DNA of 64,000 bases from Bacteroidales bacterium (lineage in GTDB: Bacteria; Bacteroidota; Bacteroidia; Bacteroidales; VadinHA17). The notes beneath the pieces were generated by a model that saw nothing but the letters and a program-made list of their open reading frames with translations, did no database searches and had not been told where the DNA came from. The stretch covers positions 306 to 64,305 of the forward strand of contig JAFGXX010000219.1 of the NCBI GenBank assembly GCA_016936435.1, written 5' to 3'. Made by a program: the position numbers and the translations under genes. This document shows, one piece after another, positions 17,701 through 24,274 of the stretch (its first letter is position 1; the number at the start of each line of letters is the position of its first letter).

Positions 17701-18307
17701 AGGTCTCGCCGTCATCTGCCGGGAGCAGGAATCTTTCATTAAAACATTTCCGGGAACACGCAATACAACAGGCAACATGGTATTCGGGCTGAACAGTACC
17801 GGTGATGATATAAACCTGTTCGATCCTTCAGGTCTGCTCATTGATTTTGTTAATTATACACCAAATCCTCCATGGCCTGTTGATGCAAACGGCACGGGTG
17901 CAACAATTGAGCTTACCGATCCTTTCCGCGACAACAACCTGGGTCAGAACTGGAGATCCAGACAGAACGGCGGATCTCCGGGTGAGAAAAACCTGGCAAC
18001 GGGGACAGAAGATCTTATACAGGCCGGTGAAGATGATGACAGGCTCGACTGCTTTCCAAACCCCTTCAGTGATTTTACCACTATCTGTTTCACGATAAAG
18101 ACTCCCGGCAGATACAGACTCGAAGTCCTCGACCTTCAGGGCAGAGTTGTTAAGACAATTGCAGACCACCATTACCAGCCCGACACATACATTATCGAAT
18201 GGAGAGGCGATGGAAATTCAGGTACTTTTGCCGGAACGGGAGTATATTTTTTAAAGCTTACAGGAAAGGGGACAAATCAGAATATTAAAGTCATTATCAC
18301 GGGATGA
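14768..18307 (+). CDS. CotH-family protein with two lamin-tail (LTD) domains and a type-A T9SS C-terminal sorting domain
   Basis: LTD-like blocks VLINEFCSSN...DWIELLNTSSSTVNLKGYSLSD and LVINEINYNS...DWVELYNAGNSTVNLKGWTISD. The central CotH-like region includes LRNGGNDW, YLNGEYWGILNLREK and DNRDWPGNNIKYW. The C-terminal CFPNPFSDFTTICF...GVYFLKLTGKG...IKVII matches the Por secretion tail. Confidence 0.75.
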   Translation: MRSLILILLLFTGTLQLRSQVLINEFCSSNFTGIKDEDGDLSDWIELLNTSSSTVNLKGYSLSDNAGDPTKWTFPELLLDPGAYLLVFASDKDRSGVPLSRHTVIDRGSTWKYLVPESDIGEMWKTTAFDDSGWNSGQSGFGYGDNDDSTKLDKILSVYLRKELVIDDPGKITELILSIDYDDGFAAFINGHEIARANLGEAGSAISFNEIASASREATMYNGAYPVNFIVSNPSSLLVEGVNVLCVEGHNRGETSSDFTLIPMLTVGTTGTGYSENMPEYINLKGEYLHTSFKIDRDGETLILSKPGSVITDSVSPVQLPADISYGRNPDGKGTWSFFYKQTPGKENNTEGFSILPPADSVYFSRSGGHIDAPFTLVITAASIEDTIYYTLDGSEPSRGDSVYKVPLNISDDCVVRARTINHNKLPGVISTHTYRKINHSFPVFCISTDPENLWDYYTGIYVMGPNASPESPFKGANFWQDWEKRAHMEFYDENGIRHIDQDIGVKIFGAYSRARNQKSLAFFARREYGKGSFEYKFFDDKPIDKFESIVLRNGGNDWGKAIIRDGITSTLVRDMNIDRMAFRPAILYLNGEYWGILNLREKVNTNYLASNHQVDPENINLLEKNSVLIEGSSTAYKQIISFLNSTTLESELNYNQISRQIDLDNYIQYQLTQIYIDNRDWPGNNIKYWNTNDPGSRWRWIIFDTDFGYSMKTVTAYEYNTLEFALRPDGTSGANIAWATLLFRRMMSNHGFRNQFINQYADRINTTFTHENLVSITDSIRQIYLSEIQNHVDRWGLSLSNWENSINNIRTFAYNRPSHARQHLIATLGLDELLNLRVEIRDPGSGKVKINSVIPDKYPFAGFYFRNIPIKLTAVPSPGYKFIRWEAGGSAMFTRTIDYKMTGSTTIRAVFGFAGGEDNRLVINEINYNSAPGMDPEDWVELYNAGNSTVNLKGWTISDASVESGFKIGSDLLIEPGGLAVICREQESFIKTFPGTRNTTGNMVFGLNSTGDDINLFDPSGLLIDFVNYTPNPPWPVDANGTGATIELTDPFRDNNLGQNWRSRQNGGSPGEKNLATGTEDLIQAGEDDDRLDCFPNPFSDFTTICFTIKTPGRYRLEVLDLQGRVVKTIADHHYQPDTYIIEWRGDGNSGTFAGTGVYFLKLTGKGTNQNIKVIITG

Positions 18308-19288
18308 TCAACGCAGCTTTTTCAGAGCTGCCAGTTGTTTCAGAATGATCCTTCCTCTTGCAACAATACCTGCAGACGTTTCCCCCCGGAGCATATTGAT
18401 TGTAGCGGACAGCTCCTGTGCCAGTTCAGGGTAAATCAGGGCCAGCCTGTATATAATTTCCATTGAGTAGGCCTTTACGGCAACCGAACTTACCCGAGAT
18501 TTCAGGAATGAAAAGCAATGGTCAGTCAGAATGCCCTGATAACTGCTTCCCATCTTTGCCATATCCACCTTTGTGATTATCCTGAGATAAGAACGCAACA
18601 CGCTTTCATTGATAATTTTATCCAGCGAATCAACCATGAGGGGAATCTTATCGTAAAATAATACGGGGTTTTTATCGGCTACTTTGGTAAGTATCCAGGA
18701 AGCATGAAATCCTATTTTCCCGTCATCTGACAATGAATAATCAATGAGTTTACTGAACAACCAGGGATCTTCAGAGGCGGAAGTTGCAATGTATTCTATT
18801 TCCCTGGTCCTCATCGTGGATCCTATCACTTCAAGAAAAGCGCTATCGGCATCAGGGTCAAAGTCGGGAGGTTTATTGTAAGTGCCTGATAATTCGTGTA
18901 TTCCTGTTTGTTCCAGATATTTCTCGGCAACGATTACATCCGCATCCAGCAAGTCAAGCTCTCTCAACCCTGAAGGCAGCATCCATCTGAAAGCATTATG
19001 TTCAAATAATAAGGGAAGCTCGTCGAGGGTGTCGCAAATAAAAGGGATAAGAACAATATGCTTTTTGCCATAGTCATGATCCACCTCTTCCATCCTGCCG
19101 CAGATAACAATATCTATCGACAGTTCTTCCCTGATCTCCCTGACTATGCATTCTTCCTCAGTCTCCCCATCATTAATTTTGCCGCCCGGGAATTCCCATT
19201 TAAAGGGATGATCACTTTTCTCATCCCTCTGAACAACAAGGACTTCCTGATCCTCATTACGTATTATAGCGCATGTGACTCTTATCAT
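18308..19288 (-). CDS. NUDIX hydrolase (MutT-like) fused to a C-terminal HEAT / AlkD-like helical domain
   Basis: NUDIX box GGKINDGETEEECIVREIREELSI (G-x5-E-x7-REUxEE). About 190 aa of helical repeats follow (FHASWILTKVADKNP, LRSYLRII, VKAYSMEIIYRL), reminiscent of DNA-alkylation-repair HEAT proteins. That part is inference. Confidence 0.65.
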   Translation of the reverse strand: MIRVTCAIIRNEDQEVLVVQRDEKSDHPFKWEFPGGKINDGETEEECIVREIREELSIDIVICGRMEEVDHDYGKKHIVLIPFICDTLDELPLLFEHNAFRWMLPSGLRELDLLDADVIVAEKYLEQTGIHELSGTYNKPPDFDPDADSAFLEVIGSTMRTREIEYIATSASEDPWLFSKLIDYSLSDDGKIGFHASWILTKVADKNPVLFYDKIPLMVDSLDKIINESVLRSYLRIITKVDMAKMGSSYQGILTDHCFSFLKSRVSSVAVKAYSMEIIYRLALIYPELAQELSATINMLRGETSAGIVARGRIILKQLAALKKLR

Positions 19289-19300
19289 CCGGCAAAGGTA

Positions 19301-19750
19301 TCAGAGATCTTCATACAATGGAATGACGAGCAGGAATTCGTATTTATTGTTTTCGAAATCAATCCTGCATGCATAATGATCGATCCCGTTTGTGACGATG
19401 AGATATGGAACCCGGAAGCCCATGTTGTAACATACTATCTGGTCGAACACCTTGTCGTTAAGCGTAATTTCAGGTGCCTTGCATTCAACGATCATGACCG
19501 GCTGTCCGGCTCTGTTGTGAACAAGTATGTCAACCCTTCTGTTGAGATTGTTAAATTTCGACTTGATCTCTATTCCAATCAGACCGGGCGGATAGCCTCC
19601 TTCATTAACAAGGTATTGAATAAAATTCTGCCTGACCCACTCTTCGGGTGTCAGCCTGACATGCTTTTTCCTGATCGGATCAAAGATCATTTCCTCTCCC
19701 TCCTTCCCCGAGATGCGAAATGAATATTCCGGCAGCTTAAGTTGTCTCAA
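19301..19750 (-). CDS. HsdR_N-domain protein (type I restriction enzyme R N-terminal, PD-(D/E)xK-like fold)
   Basis: 149 aa. WVRQNFIQYLVNEGGYP and RRVDILVHNRAGQPVMIVECKAP are typical of the stand-alone HSDR_N family. It ends 12 nt upstream of the NUDIX gene. Confidence 0.7.
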   Translation of the reverse strand: MRQLKLPEYSFRISGKEGEEMIFDPIRKKHVRLTPEEWVRQNFIQYLVNEGGYPPGLIGIEIKSKFNNLNRRVDILVHNRAGQPVMIVECKAPEITLNDKVFDQIVCYNMGFRVPYLIVTNGIDHYACRIDFENNKYEFLLVIPLYEDL

Positions 19751-19760
19751 CTTTGTTTCG

Positions 19761-19768
19761 TACTTTTG
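19761..19768 (+). promoter_or_regulatory. Candidate -7 box (TACTTTTG); a second match TATCTTTG lies at 19798-19805
   Basis: Two TAnnTTTG matches in the divergent intergenic region upstream of the ATG at 19912. Confidence 0.3.
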
Positions 19769-19911
19769 ATTTTAAGAACAAATAAACAACAATCTTCTAT
19801 CTTTGGGAATTCTTTATACCATACTTTTTTATTACCTTACTGAAATACTGGTACTGTTAAGGAGAAAAAGATATTAAATACCCGGAAAAAGTCAGGGACA
19901 GGAGTCTGATT

Positions 19912-20682
19912 ATGAAAACAAAAGAGGAAATAGTAAACAACTGGTTACCCAGGTACACAGGAAAAGAGCTGGGGTCGTTCGGGAAATATATTCTTCTCAC
20001 CAACTTCATGTATTATGTTGAGCTTTTTTCAAAGTGGTACAATGTTCCTATAGAGGGACGCGACAAAAATATGCCCAGTTCCAGCTATAACGGGATGACG
20101 ATAATTAATTTCGGTATGGGCAGCCCTAATGCGGCAACGGTAATGGATCTCCTGAGTGCAGTAAGTCCGCATGCAGTATTGTTCCTCGGTAAATGCGGAG
20201 GACTTAAGAAAAAGAACAAGGTCGGAGATCTTATTCTGCCGATCGCTGCCATAAGAAGCGACGGTACTTCAAATGATTATCTCCCCAATGAGGTTCCTGC
20301 ACTGCCGGCCTTCAAGCTGCAGATAGCTGTTTCGTCGACAATAACAAAATTCAAAAAGGAATACTGGACGGGTACAGTGTATACAACGAACAGGAGAGTA
20401 TGGGAATACGACGACAGGTTCAGGAAATATCTTATGAAGACCCGTGCAATGGCCATCGACATGGAAACAGCAACAATATTTACAGTTGGATTTGCCAATG
20501 AGATTCCTACAGGAGCGCTGCTGCTTGTAACTGATCAGCCTATGATTTCGACTGGGATCAAAACTGCCAGCAGTGATGCCGAAGTAACGGGTAAATATGT
20601 TGAGACACATCTGAAAATAGGGATTGACTCCCTCAGGGAAATCAAGGACAGCAAAATTTCAGTAAAACATCTCATTTTTTAA
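19912..20682 (+). CDS. amn: AMP nucleosidase-like nucleoside phosphorylase (PNP_UDP_1 fold, short Bacteroidota form)
   Basis: The N-terminus MKTKEEIVNNWLPRYTGKEL and the blocks FLGKCGGL and AIDMETATIF match the 256-aa Bacteroidota AMP nucleosidase family. Confidence 0.7.
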   Translation: MKTKEEIVNNWLPRYTGKELGSFGKYILLTNFMYYVELFSKWYNVPIEGRDKNMPSSSYNGMTIINFGMGSPNAATVMDLLSAVSPHAVLFLGKCGGLKKKNKVGDLILPIAAIRSDGTSNDYLPNEVPALPAFKLQIAVSSTITKFKKEYWTGTVYTTNRRVWEYDDRFRKYLMKTRAMAIDMETATIFTVGFANEIPTGALLLVTDQPMISTGIKTASSDAEVTGKYVETHLKIGIDSLREIKDSKISVKHLIF

Positions 20683-21693
20683 ATGGCTTTACCATACGAA
20701 CAGATAATTGCAGATCTTAAAAAAAGGATTTTCAAGCCTGTCTATTTCCTTGCAGGAGAGGAACCGTATTATATAGATATCATCACTGATTACATAGAGC
20801 AGAATGTGCTGGACGAAAGTGAAAAATCGTTTAACCAGGTGATCTTCTATGGCGAAGATACCTCAGTAGCATCCATAATCGATACTGCAAGGAGGTTTCC
20901 GATGATGTCGACACATCAGGTCGTTATTATAAAGGAAGCACAGTCACTGAAAAAAATAGAGGATCTCCTCATATATTTTGAAAAACCTCTCATTTCAACA
21001 ATCCTGGTCATAAACTATAAATACAAAGTACCCGACAAAAGAACAAAGTTCTTTAAATTTCTCAACAGCCAGGGATTCTATTTTGAATCTCCCCGGCTTC
21101 GCGATCACCAGGTCACCGCATGGATAGAAAAGTACCTGATGACAAAGGGTATTAAGACAGATCCTTCTGCCAGCGCCATGCTCACAGAATATCTCGGAAA
21201 CGATCTTCAGAAGATTGCCAATGAACTCGAAAAGCTTTTAATAACCCTTAAAAACGAAAAACCGGTCATAACAACTGCCCTTATCGAAAAGAATATTGGT
21301 ATCAGCAAGGATTTCAATAATTTTGAGCTTCAGAAAGCTGTGGGAGAGAAAAATATCCTCAAAGCGAATATTATTGTGAATCATTTTGCTGCCAATCAGA
21401 AAGATAATCCGATAGTGCTGACCATAGCATCTCTTCTGATGCATTTTTCAAGGTTGCTCACCTATCACTACCTTAGCGACAAGTCGAGAAACAATGTCGC
21501 AGCAGCGCTGAAGATAAATCCATATTTTGTAACTGAATATGAGATCTCTGCATCAAAGTATAACGCTGCAAAAACAATTCAGGTGATAAGCCTGCTTCGT
21601 ACTTACGATATGAAATCAAAAGGATTCGGAGATATCAGCAGCGAGCCCGGAGACCTGCTGAAAGAATTAATATTCAAGATATTACATTTATAG
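20683..21693 (+). CDS. holA: DNA polymerase III delta subunit
   Basis: KPVYFLAGEEPYYIDIITDYIE and FNQVIFYGED. 336 aa. The ATG directly abuts the amn stop. Confidence 0.85.
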   Translation: MALPYEQIIADLKKRIFKPVYFLAGEEPYYIDIITDYIEQNVLDESEKSFNQVIFYGEDTSVASIIDTARRFPMMSTHQVVIIKEAQSLKKIEDLLIYFEKPLISTILVINYKYKVPDKRTKFFKFLNSQGFYFESPRLRDHQVTAWIEKYLMTKGIKTDPSASAMLTEYLGNDLQKIANELEKLLITLKNEKPVITTALIEKNIGISKDFNNFELQKAVGEKNILKANIIVNHFAANQKDNPIVLTIASLLMHFSRLLTYHYLSDKSRNNVAAALKINPYFVTEYEISASKYNAAKTIQVISLLRTYDMKSKGFGDISSEPGDLLKELIFKILHL

Positions 21694-21718
21694 AATTAAA
21701 TATCCGAAAGCAAAGTTA

Positions 21719-21743
21719 CTGAAAATAAGATCCTTATTTTCAG
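21719..21743. terminator. Bidirectional hairpin between convergent holA and yqgE
   Basis: ctgaaaataag (21719-21729), loop atc, cttattttcag (21733-21743). A/T-rich flanks on both sides. Confidence 0.55.
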
Positions 21744-22330
21744 TTCATATCGGGTGACTCGGGAAAATCAGCCCACATCCTGTACCTGCTTTTCAGTCCT
21801 CTGAGGATTTTTTTCCAGCTGTTATCAAGGTTGTTGTTAAGTATAATATCTGTATTTATTTTCGCAATAACCCATGAGTTTTCTTTCAGTTCTTTCTCAA
21901 GCTGGCCGGCTGCCCATCCCGAATAGCCAAGGAAGAATCTTATCTGTGAATTTTTTATCTTCCCCTTGTCTATCAGCTCGCGAATGTAATCGATATCGCC
22001 GCCCCAGAAGATATTTTCATTCACCCATACACTTTTAGGTATATGATCTCCGAGGTTATGCAGATAATGCAGGGTGTCAGGCGATACAGGTCCACCCATA
22101 CTGAGATACTCCTGCCATTTGTCGAAACCAGAGATAGCGTCACATACTTTTATTTCCAGCTTTTTGTTAAGGATGAATCCGACCGATCCTTCACTTGTAT
22201 GATCGGCAAGATATACAACGGTACGGTTAAAGAAAGTGTCGGGCAGGAAGGGTTCAGAGATAAGTATCTTGCCCTTTTCCGGGATCTTGTCCTCCGGCAG
22301 AATAGTGAAAAAATCAAGTTCCGGTTCCAT
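21740..22330 (-). CDS. yqgE: YqgE/AlgH-family (UPF0301) protein
   Basis: LISEPFLPDTFFNRTVVYLADHTSEGSVGFILNK and GGPV...LHYLH, with GYSGWAAGQLEKEL, are characteristic of the family. Confidence 0.85.
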   Translation of the reverse strand: MEPELDFFTILPEDKIPEKGKILISEPFLPDTFFNRTVVYLADHTSEGSVGFILNKKLEIKVCDAISGFDKWQEYLSMGGPVSPDTLHYLHNLGDHIPKSVWVNENIFWGGDIDYIRELIDKGKIKNSQIRFFLGYSGWAAGQLEKELKENSWVIAKINTDIILNNNLDNSWKKILRGLKSRYRMWADFPESPDMN

Positions 22331-22463
22331 AGAAATATCTTGCCAAGTTAATCAATTAACAACAAATGCTCAAAAAATGTTTAGAAGCATATAAATCATA
22401 AAAATATTGAAAAAATTACTACAATATTTAAAGCTTACCTGACAATTAAATTAATTATTATCA

Positions 22464-22471
22464 TAATTTTG
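22464..22471 (+). promoter_or_regulatory. Candidate -7 box (TAATTTTG)
   Basis: TAnnTTTG match 22 nt upstream of the ATG at 22493. It overlaps the TTG at 22469 used by the ORF track, which argues for the 22493 start. Confidence 0.35.
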
Positions 22472-22492
22472 CGCCTGATTTTAATAATACAT

Positions 22493-24256
22493 ATGCAAAA
22501 AAGCACTTTGCGGATTACAGGTAACAAGGTTGTTCTCAATAACCGTGAAAGGATGTGTGAGACAGCTGATGAGCTTCTGGCGAGTGAAAAATTCAGGACC
22601 GTGCTCGATCACTGTCTCGGTCACCTGGAAACAAAAAAGTCACCGCTGATCAACATCTTTGAAGGCGGGAGCTTCACATCTGCACAGGTTGAAGATCTGG
22701 TTAAGACCCTTACCCTGCTGGTAAAGTACGAAGGGAATGTGGTACCTCACATATTCGACAGATCTGAGGGCTTCCTGAAAGACGTCCAGCTTCTTAACAA
22801 TTTCGTTGAATATCTGTACGATTACTGGAGGCACTTCGACCGTTTCATTATAAATGATTCGGAAGGCGACAGGCTTGACAAAAGACCTTACAGAACCTTC
22901 AATGAGACAGTTGAACACCTGACACATCTTATCCGCACCGTGTACCGCCAGATACAGGAGAACATAACCGGAAGTCATCCAAATGTATACCGGCAGGTTC
23001 CTGCCGGAGCGGAAATGGCAGTCATTTCTCTTCCCAAAGAGATCAATTTCCCGTCCGGGAGATATTCCAGGCTTAACTGTGTTCCGGTAATAAGACAGAT
23101 GCTTATCTATCCTCCCCTGGTTATTCAGCAGCCCATGAATAAAAGAACCGGGGAATTCAAAAGGATAGACACTAACCCTGTTGACCTTATCGGTGTGAAT
23201 TGTGAAGAATGGCTCTGTTACCCGGCTAAAGTAGGTAAACTGCTGATCCTGGTCTATATTCATCTCGATTTTTATGAACTTGGCTTCGCACTCTGCAATC
23301 TTTTTCAGCTTGCCGACGATACGGAGCTGAATGCCAGACCTGATGCGATATTTGTTTACGGAGTCCAGGAAAAGGTCCTGGATGATCTTTCGAGTTTTCC
23401 TACGGTATTTCACGAAGACAGTGATTCGGGAATGTTTATAGGTGCCGTTCCCGGAAGACCTGAGTTTGGTTATTTCGGGTATCTGAAAAAAATGATCCTT
23501 ACTCTTCATAACTCAATAATCATGAGGGCAGGGAAAATGCCATTCCACGGTGCCATGGTAAGGATCCTGCTTCAGGGAGACAAGGAGGCGACCATTCTTT
23601 TAATGGGCGACACAGGAGCCGGAAAATCTGAGACGCTGGAAGCTTTCAGGGTCCTTGGTGAGAAATATATAAGAGAATTGACCATCATTGCGGACGACAT
23701 GGGTTCCATTGAACTTGACGCTGATGGTTTTCCTGTCGGTTATGGAACAGAGACCGGTGCCTTCCTCAGGCTCGACGATCTTCAGCCGGGTTATGCCTAT
23801 GGTCATCTCGACCGGTCGATAATCATGAACCCGAACCAGGTCAACGCACGTATTGTGATGCCTGTAACAAGTTACAATACAGTGATCAAAGGCCACAGGA
23901 TCGACTATATTCTCTATGCCAACAACTACGAGGAAATAGATGAAGAACATCCGATAATTGAGCGTTTTCATTCAGCTGAAAAAGCCCTCGATATTTTCCG
24001 TACAGGTGCTGTGATGAGCAAGGGGACAACAACCACAAGCGGGCTTGTCCATTCCTATTTCGCGAACATTTTCGGCCCCCCGGAATACAGAGATCGTCAT
24101 GAAAATATTACAGCCCGATATTTTGAATCGTTTTTCAGGGCAGGCATCTTCGTAGGCCAGATGAGAACCCGGCTTGGAATTCATGGATATGAAACCACAG
24201 GTCCCAAAGAAGCAGCAACGGAGCTACTCGGTATAATAAATCCTCAGGTAAACTAA
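22493..24256 (+). CDS. Uncharacterised protein with a C-terminal HprK / PEPCK-like P-loop domain
   Basis: FHGAMVRILLQGDKEATILLMGDTGAGKSETLEAFRVLG...IIADDMGSIEL follows the HPr-kinase C-terminal pattern (HG...GVLL.G.SG.GKSE.AL.L...G..LVADD). The N-terminal region of about 350 aa has no motif I recognise. Confidence 0.55.
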   Translation: MQKSTLRITGNKVVLNNRERMCETADELLASEKFRTVLDHCLGHLETKKSPLINIFEGGSFTSAQVEDLVKTLTLLVKYEGNVVPHIFDRSEGFLKDVQLLNNFVEYLYDYWRHFDRFIINDSEGDRLDKRPYRTFNETVEHLTHLIRTVYRQIQENITGSHPNVYRQVPAGAEMAVISLPKEINFPSGRYSRLNCVPVIRQMLIYPPLVIQQPMNKRTGEFKRIDTNPVDLIGVNCEEWLCYPAKVGKLLILVYIHLDFYELGFALCNLFQLADDTELNARPDAIFVYGVQEKVLDDLSSFPTVFHEDSDSGMFIGAVPGRPEFGYFGYLKKMILTLHNSIIMRAGKMPFHGAMVRILLQGDKEATILLMGDTGAGKSETLEAFRVLGEKYIRELTIIADDMGSIELDADGFPVGYGTETGAFLRLDDLQPGYAYGHLDRSIIMNPNQVNARIVMPVTSYNTVIKGHRIDYILYANNYEEIDEEHPIIERFHSAEKALDIFRTGAVMSKGTTTTSGLVHSYFANIFGPPEYRDRHENITARYFESFFRAGIFVGQMRTRLGIHGYETTGPKEAATELLGIINPQVN

Positions 24257-24274
24257 AAAAAAACTGCTGAATCA

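Noticed and set aside
19058-19723. 221-aa plus-strand ORF spanning the NUDIX and HsdR_N genes
   Set aside because: It runs antisense across two genes that both have clear family motifs, and across their 12-nt spacer. It has no recognisable motif. Shadow ORF.
22640-23509. 289-aa ORF on the minus strand, entirely inside the HprK-like gene
   Set aside because: The plus-strand frame is continuous for 595 codons, has a protein-like composition and ends in a recognisable P-loop domain. The antisense product is Arg/Lys/Phe-rich with no motif, promoter box or sensible neighbours. It is a typical shadow ORF.
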